From positions 2,912,001 through 2,976,000 of the forward strand of contig OY970309.1 in assembly GCA_963716395.1 (NCBI GenBank): a DNA stretch of 64,000 nucleotides. The letters run 5' to 3'. The translations under genes were made by a program, and so were the position numbers. Source of the DNA: an uncultured Fibrobacteria bacterium. Lineage in GTDB: Bacteria > Fibrobacterota > Fibrobacteria > UBA11236. Positions 1 to 8,851 of the stretch are shown here, piece after piece. The notes under the pieces are model-generated. The model was not told the origin of the DNA, did no database searches, and saw only the letters and a program-made list of their open reading frames with translations. The first letter of the stretch is position 1. Each line of letters opens with the position of its first letter.

Positions 1-202
1 ACCTTCATTCACTTTGGCCGAGTCTCACCCTTGATCCTTATATTTTTCGCATGCCCGCTAACGTAATCTTTCGCGTGATCTCATCGAATTTTTGATGCGG
101 CAAAGCTTCGTTACAAACACGCGTTACCGATCTTGAATCAAAGCAGGAATATACCGAGTTCGCTGCGATTCAATTCGAATTAATTTATCAAAAGGGGGAA
201 AA

Positions 203-1312
203 ATGGAGCGCCAGCTAAAAATACCGAAATATCTATTTCGCTTGGCTGATTTCAGCAGCAGACGCATGACCTGGTTGACCGCTATTGTACTGGTTTCGGT
301 TGTAGCAACCTGGTCGCAGGCGTATGTGAAACTTTGGCCCAATTTGGCGCCGGGCGCCACGGGATCGGATACCGCCAACAATCCGTACGTGGTTCCTTTT
401 CCGGTCAGCAACGGCAACGGAGCCGCCGTGGTCATTTTGCCCGGCGGCGCCTATGTGGGTTTGGCCACTTCTTACGAGGGCGACGACGTCGCCACCTGGA
501 TGAACACGCTGGGGGTCACGGCTTTTGTACTGCGCTACCGGCTCGGCAGCCAGGGGTACCATCATCCCATTGAAATGTGGGACGGCCAACGCTCCATCCG
601 CTGGGTACGCGCCCATGCCGCGCAATACCACATCGACATACACCGCGTCGGTATCGTGGGGTTTTCCGCGGGCGGACATTTGGCCTCGACGGTGGCGACC
701 CATTATGATTCCGGAAATCCCGCCGGTTCTTCCATCGACAATTACACGGGCACGCATGATTCCGTGGACACGTTCTCCTGCCGTCCCGATTTCCAAATTC
801 TCGGATACCCGGTCATCACCATGGACTCGAGCTTCACCAACATGCAATCCCGCGTCGCTTTGCTGGGAAACAATCCTTCTCCGGCGCTGGTCACGCTGCT
901 CTCCAATGAAAAACAGGTCACCGACTCGACGCCCCCCGCCTTTCTCGTGCAAACCCTGGATGACGGCGTGGTGCCGGTCAAGAACAGCGAGGTTTATGCC
1001 GATTCGCTGCAAAGCAAAGGCGTCGCGCATATGCTCTTATTGTACCCTCATGGTTCGCACGGATTCGGCTTGGCCAACGGCAAAGACGGCGCGCCGCTGT
1101 ACACCGATGTGGAATTATGGCCCGATTCGGCCGCGGCCTGGATGCAGCGGCAGGGATATTTGACGCCGCCCACGGCCTTGATGCCGCAACCGTCAAAAGC
1201 GAGGGTCGATTTTTCCGGGAGACAAGCCGTCTGGGACGCCTCGGGCCGCGTCGTCGATCCGGGTTTCGCGCCGGTTTGGTTCGGCCGTCCGGGGAAAAAC
1301 CCTTCGCCTTGA
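203..1312 (+). CDS. Secreted alpha/beta-hydrolase (acetyl-xylan/feruloyl esterase-like, BD-FAE type)
   Basis: PGGAY oxyanion motif, GFSAGG nucleophile elbow, DDGVV Asp, HGFG His; signal-like hydrophobic stretch (true start may be ATG 267); C-terminal VWDASGR tail. Confidence 0.85.
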   Translation: MERQLKIPKYLFRLADFSSRRMTWLTAIVLVSVVATWSQAYVKLWPNLAPGATGSDTANNPYVVPFPVSNGNGAAVVILPGGAYVGLATSYEGDDVATWMNTLGVTAFVLRYRLGSQGYHHPIEMWDGQRSIRWVRAHAAQYHIDIHRVGIVGFSAGGHLASTVATHYDSGNPAGSSIDNYTGTHDSVDTFSCRPDFQILGYPVITMDSSFTNMQSRVALLGNNPSPALVTLLSNEKQVTDSTPPAFLVQTLDDGVVPVKNSEVYADSLQSKGVAHMLLLYPHGSHGFGLANGKDGAPLYTDVELWPDSAAAWMQRQGYLTPPTALMPQPSKARVDFSGRQAVWDASGRVVDPGFAPVWFGRPGKNPSP

Positions 1313-1919
1313 CTTCGTCGACGCCGAAAACACCACGTACCTTGGTGTTGGCCACGCGCAATGCGGGCAAGGCGCGCGAATTGCAAGCCTTGCTCGGGCC
1401 GGGTTATACGGTGATCACGGCCGCGCAGGCCGGCTTTGACGGCGACCCCGAAGAAACGGGAAAAACCTTTTACGACAACGCTTGGATCAAGGCCAGAGCC
1501 GTGGCTGCACACGTGCCGCATGCGGTGCTGGCCGACGATAGCGGACTCGAAGTCGCAGCCTTGGGCGGCGCACCCGGAATTTATTCGGCGCGTTACGCCG
1601 GCCCCAAAGCCGACGACGCCGCCAATCGCGCCAAGTTGCTGGCGGCCATGCAGGGAGAGCCCCGCCGCGAGGCCCGCTTCGTCTGCGTCTTGTGTCTGTT
1701 GGCTCCGCAGTCTGAGCCGCTTTTTTTTCCGGGGAATGTCGGGGGCATATCGCCGAGAGCGAACGGGGAAACCAGGGCTTCGGGTATGATCCGCTTTTCA
1801 TTCCCGCGGGAGAATTGCGCACCTTTGCCGAAATGAGCGCAGCGGAAAAAAATCCCATGAGCCATCGGGGCCAGGCCGTAGCCGCTTTGCTCCGGCATTG
1901 GCACCGCGCGCTGGGATAA
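1309..1919 (+). pseudogene. rdgB: RdgB/HAM1 non-canonical purine NTP pyrophosphatase, frameshifted at the T8 run 1721-1728 (probably intact in vivo)
   Basis: LATRNAGK, EETGKTF, ADDSGL and PGIYSARYA in one frame; GFGYDPLF and SHRG continue in the -1 frame to TAA 1917-1919. Confidence 0.9.
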
Positions 1920-2020
1920 CCGAATCGGGCAGAGAAAAATCCGAAATTTGGGAATCTAGTCCTTGCGCACCGCGATCACCGCTGGGCCGGCGCACGCGCC
2001 AACCCTAGAATTGATTCGAT

Positions 2021-2395
2021 ATGCCCTTGTCCACGTTCAGTCCCGCCCCCGCGGCCAGCGAAATTCTCACCTTCAATCCCGTGCGTTTGCATTTGGGAAA
2101 GGTGCGCGCCGAGGCGCTGCTCGACGCCCTGAATCCCTGGGGCGGATGTTTTTTCGTCATGACCGATCATCTTTTGGCCGGATCCGACCCGGAGGAGCGC
2201 GACGCATTTTTCGCGGGGCTGGGCCGGATCGAATTGGAATGGGGCCGCTTTCCCGATACCTGGAGGTTACCGTGCCGGGTGCGCGGGTATTCCCTGGATC
2301 AGGAAGGGCTGGCGGCCTATCTGGCCCTGCGCTTTCTGGATTCGGATCGGGTCGCGCGGCAGGCGCTGGAAAACTTCATGGCCTCGCTGTGGTAG
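2021..2395 (+). CDS. Hypothetical protein (124 aa)
   Basis: Protein-like composition, ATG start; 3' end overlaps the convergent ccsA by 20 bp. Confidence 0.6.
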   Translation: MPLSTFSPAPAASEILTFNPVRLHLGKVRAEALLDALNPWGGCFFVMTDHLLAGSDPEERDAFFAGLGRIELEWGRFPDTWRLPCRVRGYSLDQEGLAAYLALRFLDSDRVARQALENFMASLW

Positions 2396-4409
2396 GCACG
2401 CCGTGTCCGGAATCGGAGTGCGTCACCCCATGCGGTTTCAAGGCGATGAAGATGCCGACTACGATCAAAAAGAGCAGTTCCGCGCCGATATAACTGAACA
2501 GTTTCACGGCTGCGCCCGAGGTGAATCCGTAGGAGTGCAGCCCCACGCCCAAGAGATTTACTCCTAGCCACGCCAGGCTTACGATGATGGCGCCCAGCAC
2601 CGATCCCACAGCCATGCCCAGTTCGCGGATGATGCCGAAATAGCGCGCATGCAGGAGAATGGCACACCACAAGACGATGAGCAGGGCGCCGTTCTCTTTC
2701 GGATCCCAGCCCCAGAAGCGGCCCCAGCTCTGGTCGGCCCAGATGCCGCCCAACACCGTGCCGATGAAGGAAAAGAGCATGCCGAAGCACAGGGTGCCGT
2801 ACACCATGCGGTCGATTTCGCGCAGCCCCGGAGATTTTCCCTGCACGGCCCGTCGCACCAGGTAGATGTGGCCGATGGCCCCGCATAAAAGGCAGGCGCC
2901 ATAGCCGGTGGTGATGCAGACCACGTGGGTCGAAAGCCAGAAATTGCTGTTAAGCACGGCCACCAGCATCTGCATGGTGTCGCCGTCGGCAGCGTAGCGG
3001 TTGGCGATCAAAAGCAGAATGAACCCGAGCAAGGTGGCCGCCAGAAGACCGATGCCCTGGCGGGTGCGGCGTTCGATGAACAGCGCCGCGATGATGGAAA
3101 TGAGGGCTACGAAGGGGAAGGTCTCGTACAGAGAGGTGACCGGTGGCCGGCGCATGATGAGGATGCGCGACACGATGCCGCCCAGGTGCAGCGCGAAGCC
3201 GGCCAGGGCCGCGGTCACCGAAGCCCGGTACCACAGGGGTTTCCGGAACAGGAAAAACAAAAAGCACAGAAGCAGCGCAATGCCGTAAGCGATAATGGCC
3301 AGGAACAGGGGGTTGACCCGGTCATACCGGACTTCAAGGCCGAAATTGGTTTTGGAAAGACGGAGAGGCGCCAAGCGCGCGACGTCGGCGCGCAAGGCCC
3401 GGCTTTGGGCGGAAAAATCCTGCGCATCACCGCGGCGGTAGTCCTTGGTCATTCCCGCCAGCAGGTTGATTTCGGAGTGGTATTTCTGCAGACGCGCGGG
3501 ATCGCCGATGACTTCCGCTGGGCTGAGCCAATTGGGGTCGGTTTCTTCCTGAGGAAGAATGGTCAAAAGCGACGACTGGCCGAGTTGCGATTCGAGGTAC
3601 ATGTAGCGCGACAGGCGTACGATGTCGGCGTCGACCGGGTTGGCGGCGCTGTCGGGATGCTGCCCGACGCTTTCCAGGATATGCGCCAGCAGCGGCGCGC
3701 GATCCATCAAGTCCCAGAAACTCGGCGGGGTGTCGTCATCAGGCAGGTTGAGGCGTTGGCGCGTCTGGGGGTCGTGCACGGCGAAGACGCTGGCCGGCCG
3801 GGCGAATTGCAACGTGCGCGTCAGGTTGAGATAGGCGATGATGTTGGAAAAAGTGAGCAGAACTTCTTTCTGCACCACGCTGCGTTTCTCGGCCGGAACT
3901 GAATCGGCCCGCATGGCCATGGCCTGCAAATGGTGCAATGCCGGCTCCAGCGTGCGATAGGCGTAGCGCCGGTGCTCATCGGGTTTGACATGCAGGGCTT
4001 CGGCGACCTCGGGATTGTCGATGCGGAAAATTTTGTAGTCGCCGGTTTGGCCGGGCGCGAAGAGAATGTTGGCCAGCACGCTCAGGGCCGAGCGGCCTGC
4101 GTAGGAGCTGTGCCCCGACCATTGCAGCAGCAGGTCGCGCGCCAGGGATTCCATGGGCTTGACGCGGCCTTCATGCAAAACCGCAAGATAGGCGAAGGCG
4201 CCGAAGTCTTTGAGGCCCACCGCCGGCTTTCCCACGCCATGGGGCAGCAAAGTGAGCGAGTCGCCCATGGGCGACGACGTATCGACCACCGCCGCCACCT
4301 CGGGCGGCATTTTCGCCTGTTCGGATGCCATGGGCGCCTGTTCGGCGGCCGCCGTCCCGCACGCCGCCGCCAGCGCCGCCGCCCGGAAAAATCGCAATGC
4401 TCGCGTCAT
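2376..4409 (-). CDS. ccsA: Cytochrome c biogenesis protein CcsA (system II) with large N-terminal periplasmic domain
   Basis: WADQSWGRFWGWDPKE (WWD domain), GRVKP, conserved His in LSTHV and GLHSYG, multiple TM helices. Confidence 0.93.
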   Translation of the reverse strand: MTRALRFFRAAALAAACGTAAAEQAPMASEQAKMPPEVAAVVDTSSPMGDSLTLLPHGVGKPAVGLKDFGAFAYLAVLHEGRVKPMESLARDLLLQWSGHSSYAGRSALSVLANILFAPGQTGDYKIFRIDNPEVAEALHVKPDEHRRYAYRTLEPALHHLQAMAMRADSVPAEKRSVVQKEVLLTFSNIIAYLNLTRTLQFARPASVFAVHDPQTRQRLNLPDDDTPPSFWDLMDRAPLLAHILESVGQHPDSAANPVDADIVRLSRYMYLESQLGQSSLLTILPQEETDPNWLSPAEVIGDPARLQKYHSEINLLAGMTKDYRRGDAQDFSAQSRALRADVARLAPLRLSKTNFGLEVRYDRVNPLFLAIIAYGIALLLCFLFFLFRKPLWYRASVTAALAGFALHLGGIVSRILIMRRPPVTSLYETFPFVALISIIAALFIERRTRQGIGLLAATLLGFILLLIANRYAADGDTMQMLVAVLNSNFWLSTHVVCITTGYGACLLCGAIGHIYLVRRAVQGKSPGLREIDRMVYGTLCFGMLFSFIGTVLGGIWADQSWGRFWGWDPKENGALLIVLWCAILLHARYFGIIRELGMAVGSVLGAIIVSLAWLGVNLLGVGLHSYGFTSGAAVKLFSYIGAELLFLIVVGIFIALKPHGVTHSDSGHGVPTTARP

Positions 4410-5554
4410 GGTGTGGCCGTCCTCTTCACGTATCCCAACAGACGAATCAGGAAATGAATCAGCAGGCCGCCGAACACGGTGAGGCTGCTGATATAGGGCA
4501 ATAATCTACCCGGATTGGTGACCACGGCAAACGTCGAGCGCGGCATACCGCGCTCGTCTTCGCCGAAACTGGCCTGATAAAAGGTGTAGCCTGCATAGCG
4601 CAGTGGGTGGTTCATCCAGATCTTCACGGGCCGCGAAGACAGGCCGTCCTGCAAATCGGCATAACTGGAATAGCTCTTGGCGATGTCGGTCCCCGGATGC
4701 AAGGTGCGTTCGAATTTATTCAGCGACAAGGCGAAGGGCAGGGGATAATGGCGCCGGCGCAACTGGAAAAAAACGGTTTTTCCGTTCAGCCGCAGAATCA
4801 GCGGTTTGATTTCCAGGCCGTAACACAGAATCTTGTGATCCGGCTGTCCGGGCACATGCAGCACGGCAATGAGTCCGGGCGCATTGTCGGCCACTTCTTT
4901 TTCCGGTTTGCGCGTTTCCAGGAGGGAGATCCCCGACGCATTGTAATAGGGCGCGACGCCGCCGGTGACCTGATCGGTGAAGGCCTGGCAGTTGCGGAAA
5001 TATTTTTCGACCGTGAGGGTGGCCGGGTAGGGCGACAGATTCAATGCCGCGCCCGGCCGCAAATCCTCATCGGGGTAGGCCACGACCTGATTGGTATCAC
5101 CATGCGCTTGCCACACTGCCAGTTCCCATTTGTGGTAGGCGGTGGAAAAATGGCCGGTTTCACCTTCGCCCAAAGTCAACTGCGATTCCACGGCCTGCGT
5201 CTGGGTGATGAAGCCGCCAATCAACAGCAACAACAGGCCGCTATGGGAAATCCACAAACCGATCTTTTTCAAACTCAAAGGCATGACGATCACCATGGTG
5301 AGGATCAATTGCAGCGAGAGGATCCACAGCAGCAAACCGGTGCCGGGAACGGGGATGATGTTGCCCAGCCACACCAGGCTATACCCGAAAAATTTGCGCT
5401 GCGCTTCATACAGGCCGTAATCGGCTTCGTACAAGGTGCCGAAGAACACCAGGAGCAAAAGCAGCAGCAGGCAACCCAAGGTCAAATACGGGTGCAGCAC
5501 GATGCGGCGCAAGGGATGGTTGGCGAGACGACGGCGCCAGGCGGGGTTCTTCAT
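4406..5554 (-). CDS. ccsB: Cytochrome c biogenesis protein ResB/CcsB-like
   Basis: N-terminal TMs with SHSGLLLLLIG; HPGTDIAKSYSS and MNHPLRYAGYTFYQAS; NPG before the last TM; coupled to ccsA. Confidence 0.85.
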   Translation of the reverse strand: MKNPAWRRRLANHPLRRIVLHPYLTLGCLLLLLLLVFFGTLYEADYGLYEAQRKFFGYSLVWLGNIIPVPGTGLLLWILSLQLILTMVIVMPLSLKKIGLWISHSGLLLLLIGGFITQTQAVESQLTLGEGETGHFSTAYHKWELAVWQAHGDTNQVVAYPDEDLRPGAALNLSPYPATLTVEKYFRNCQAFTDQVTGGVAPYYNASGISLLETRKPEKEVADNAPGLIAVLHVPGQPDHKILCYGLEIKPLILRLNGKTVFFQLRRRHYPLPFALSLNKFERTLHPGTDIAKSYSSYADLQDGLSSRPVKIWMNHPLRYAGYTFYQASFGEDERGMPRSTFAVVTNPGRLLPYISSLTVFGGLLIHFLIRLLGYVKRTATP

Positions 5555-6168
5555 TTCGCGTCCTCGGTGATGGAAAGCGAATCGCAAAAAGCCTGCAGTA
5601 CGGGTTTCAAGCGCACCAGGCGATCATGATCGCCCGTGGCCTTCACGAATACCGTATAGCCCGGGCCCGGAATGATGGCGCCGAGAATGCTCGAGTTTTG
5701 GGTGATATCGCCGGATAAAAGCGAGGTGAAATCGAACAAGGTGCCGGTTTGTCCCGTGAACAAATGCACGGGTTGCCCACGGCTTTTCACTTTTTTCACC
5801 TGATCCGGCGAGGCCGGAAGTTTGGCTTGGCGCATCCAGCGGCTGAGGTTGGCCTCGATGCCGCCGGCGTCGCCCGCAAATTGGGTGATGGAAACGTCGG
5901 CCGCCTGCGGATCGATCTCGCCGGTATTGGCCACCGCCGAATCCGGCGCCAGAAAACTCGCCACGCGCATGGGGTCGTCGGCGGGTTCTTCCACCCACCC
6001 GTCCGGCAACTTCCAGGTGATACGGATGGGGGCCTGAGCGGTCGCGGGCATTCCCGGCATGCCGTTGGCATGAAAGGCGATCTCGGAGTAGCGCCGGGGT
6101 TGCGGGTTTTTGGAGCAGGCCGAAATCACAATCCCAACCGCCGCGGCGGCGAAAAGACGAACAACCAT
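5551..6168 (-). CDS. Uncharacterised lipoprotein leading the ccsBA operon
   Basis: Lipobox ISAC; WKLPDGW, MRVASF and GGIEANLSRW motifs; 4-bp overlap with ccsB. Confidence 0.75.
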   Translation of the reverse strand: MVVRLFAAAAVGIVISACSKNPQPRRYSEIAFHANGMPGMPATAQAPIRITWKLPDGWVEEPADDPMRVASFLAPDSAVANTGEIDPQAADVSITQFAGDAGGIEANLSRWMRQAKLPASPDQVKKVKSRGQPVHLFTGQTGTLFDFTSLLSGDITQNSSILGAIIPGPGYTVFVKATGDHDRLVRLKPVLQAFCDSLSITEDAK

Positions 6169-6199
6169 GAGAACTCATAAATAGCAAAAGGCGGCGGCC

Positions 6200-8851
6200 A
6201 TGCCTGCGCTTTTCGGTAACGTCGGCGCCGGATGTAATTCTTCCATGCGGGAAAATCATCGGAGAGAATCCGCGGGCGGTGTCGCACGAAAGCATCTTTT
6301 GACGGTGCCTTCCCCTGCGCGTGCATCGGATTTCCGGTTTTTTCATTTCGATTTGCGGCGCTTCTGGTTGACCTTGGTCTGCGTCATTCTCGGCCCTTTC
6401 GCGCCGTGGATCGCCTACTTGGGTAAATTGCGCCGGCGCGGTTTGGCGGCGCCGGGCTGGTGGCTGGTATTGGCCGCGGCTTTTTGTGCCGTGTATGCCG
6501 TATTGTGGCTGGCACCGCTGCCCTGGACCTGGATTTGGTTTTTGTACGCGGCTCTGGGTCTTTGCTCCGGCATCGGTTTTTTCCAGGCGGGCGCCGATCG
6601 TTACTTCAAACCGCTGGAACCGGCGCGCGCAGAAAGCGGCGTGGTGCGTTCCGCTTCCTGGCGCGAGAGCTTGGGCGTGGCGGCGCTGGTGGTCTATCCG
6701 GCTTTATTCGGCGCCGCGTTGTTCCGCGACGTGAATCGTTTGCGCGCCTTCGCCATCCATCTGCCGGCTTCGGTGTACACCGACGCACTGCGATTCACCT
6801 TGGAATTCGGGACGCCGTCGGCGCTGCTTTTGGCCTGGCTGGTGCGGCGCGCCGGTTTTCGCCCCGGCGTGCGACTGGTGCTGAACCTGTACGGCGGCCT
6901 GCTGGTCATCCTGGCTTGGGTCACGGTGTGGCAGCGCGCGCATCTGTTCGGATTGCGGCTGTTCGGCGCACCGGCGGGTGAGCCGTTGCTGCACGACGTC
7001 TACCGCGAAGCCGCGTTCCGGCGCGACGTGCAGGATGCGTTTTACGCCGGAGGCGTTTTTCTCGGCGCCAGTTATCTGGCTTCGGCGGCCCGCAGCTTCG
7101 TGCTGATACGGCGTGCGGTGTTCGTCGGTCTGCCGGTGCTGCTGGGCTATGCCAATCTGCTGCTGCTGCTGGGCGAAGGGGCTCCTTTCATGGCGGGTGT
7201 GCGCGAGCATCTGTACCGCGAAGGCAACTACCCGGCGTTCCGGGCCATGGCCGAAATCGAATCCGCGCGGTTTCCGGCCGCCCTGAATGTCCCCTTTCTG
7301 CAGCAAGACCTGGCCGACCTGGCCTACTTGCGCGGCGATTCCGCGGCCGCGGCGCGCTGGCGCCATCGTATCTTGCAAGTTACTGCCGACAAGCCCTATG
7401 ACGCCGACTTGCGGGAACGGATCGCCTGGGAGCAGCATGCGTTGGCCGTGCATCCGGGGTGTACGGCGCCCGAATCGCTGCAAGTGCTGCCTGTGCCGCG
7501 GGTGCGGCCGGCCGCGACCCTGGACGGAAACTGGTACGCCCTGCTCAGCGTGGTGGCGTACTTCCGTCCCGACTGGAGCGATTTCGAGATGAAAAAGAAA
7601 TTGCTCGAGGTGTCGCCCCAGGTGCAGCTTGCGGCCCCGTCTTTGAATACCGTGCCGGCGGTGGCCGAAGCCCTGGACGTGTTCGGCCTGCCTTTTTCCC
7701 CCTGCTTTCTCGACTCGGCGGGGATACATCGGGCCTTGCGCGCGGGCAAAATTCCCCTCATCAACCAAGCCGATCGCTGGATGCCGGTGGTGGGCTGGGA
7801 TCCCTGCCGCCGCGGTTATCTGTGCTACCGCTATCCCGATTCCCTGGAAAAAAATCCCTGGCTCAATCCGGCCGACAAAGAGGTCTTGTTCGGCGTGCGC
7901 ACCGGCTTGCGCCATCGCTCCGAGGTCATGCCCGATAACCTCATCACCTTTTTGTCCGAGCATGAAGTCTTGAATCACCTGCACGACATCGGCGGCGTGG
8001 CCCTGGTGCTGGGCGACAGCAATTTCGCGCCGGCCGCCGAGCGGCGCGCGGCGTACCTCACCGAATTCGGAGATGTGCTCTACCAAGACCACGATGATCT
8101 CGTGGGTGCGGCCCAGGCCTATGCGCGCGCCCAAGCGTTGTACCCCACCGATTACATCGTGGCCCGCCAGGCCTATCTCGAACGCCGCGCGCGCTGGGAA
8201 GAGGGATCGCCCTATGGACTCGAAGCCGTGTTTCGCAGCGACGTGCGCACGCGTCCGCTGCCCACCGGGCTCGACCCCGCCGAACGCACGCGCATCGTGC
8301 GCCGCATCTTGCACGGCGACCTGGGGCAATACCTGCTGGTCAACTGGCTGCAGGCCTGGCCGCGCTTCTTCGCCGTCGGCGACAGCGCGGCGCGCGACAC
8401 GTCGCGCCGCATCTTCCGCACCTGGCTCACGCTGCATCCGCACAATCCGGCGGCGCTCGATTCCATCGGCGCGGGCTTTGCGGCGCAACGACAATGGGAT
8501 TCCGCCGAAGTCTATTACCGCCGCACCATGGCGTATTACCCGTTGGGCAACGAGTACTTGGCCTACCGTCTGGCTTGGACGCTGTTCCAGCGCGGGCGGT
8601 TCGACACCATGCAGGTCTGGCTGGCGCGCTGCCCTTCGTTTCAACTCGAAGCCGGATATTTGTTGATGCGCGGCGCCGGTGACTGGAATTCGGGCCACCA
8701 CGCCGCCGCCCTGGCCGCGCTGAAAAAAAGCCTCAAGCTCGACAAGACCTTGCCGGAAACGCATGCCTGGATGGCGCGCGTGAGCGGCGCCGAAGGCGAC
8801 ACCGCCCTGCGCAACCTTTCCCGGCGGTGGCTGCAAAGGACGGAACCGTGA
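6200..8851 (+). CDS. Multi-pass membrane protein with TPR repeats and a degenerate C39-like peptidase domain
   Basis: About 8 hydrophobic segments, TPR-like helices, GKIPLI...WMPVVGWD resembling the C39 core but lacking Cys/His; start uncertain (6200/6245/6305). Confidence 0.7.
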   Translation: MPALFGNVGAGCNSSMRENHRRESAGGVARKHLLTVPSPARASDFRFFHFDLRRFWLTLVCVILGPFAPWIAYLGKLRRRGLAAPGWWLVLAAAFCAVYAVLWLAPLPWTWIWFLYAALGLCSGIGFFQAGADRYFKPLEPARAESGVVRSASWRESLGVAALVVYPALFGAALFRDVNRLRAFAIHLPASVYTDALRFTLEFGTPSALLLAWLVRRAGFRPGVRLVLNLYGGLLVILAWVTVWQRAHLFGLRLFGAPAGEPLLHDVYREAAFRRDVQDAFYAGGVFLGASYLASAARSFVLIRRAVFVGLPVLLGYANLLLLLGEGAPFMAGVREHLYREGNYPAFRAMAEIESARFPAALNVPFLQQDLADLAYLRGDSAAAARWRHRILQVTADKPYDADLRERIAWEQHALAVHPGCTAPESLQVLPVPRVRPAATLDGNWYALLSVVAYFRPDWSDFEMKKKLLEVSPQVQLAAPSLNTVPAVAEALDVFGLPFSPCFLDSAGIHRALRAGKIPLINQADRWMPVVGWDPCRRGYLCYRYPDSLEKNPWLNPADKEVLFGVRTGLRHRSEVMPDNLITFLSEHEVLNHLHDIGGVALVLGDSNFAPAAERRAAYLTEFGDVLYQDHDDLVGAAQAYARAQALYPTDYIVARQAYLERRARWEEGSPYGLEAVFRSDVRTRPLPTGLDPAERTRIVRRILHGDLGQYLLVNWLQAWPRFFAVGDSAARDTSRRIFRTWLTLHPHNPAALDSIGAGFAAQRQWDSAEVYYRRTMAYYPLGNEYLAYRLAWTLFQRGRFDTMQVWLARCPSFQLEAGYLLMRGAGDWNSGHHAAALAALKKSLKLDKTLPETHAWMARVSGAEGDTALRNLSRRWLQRTEP

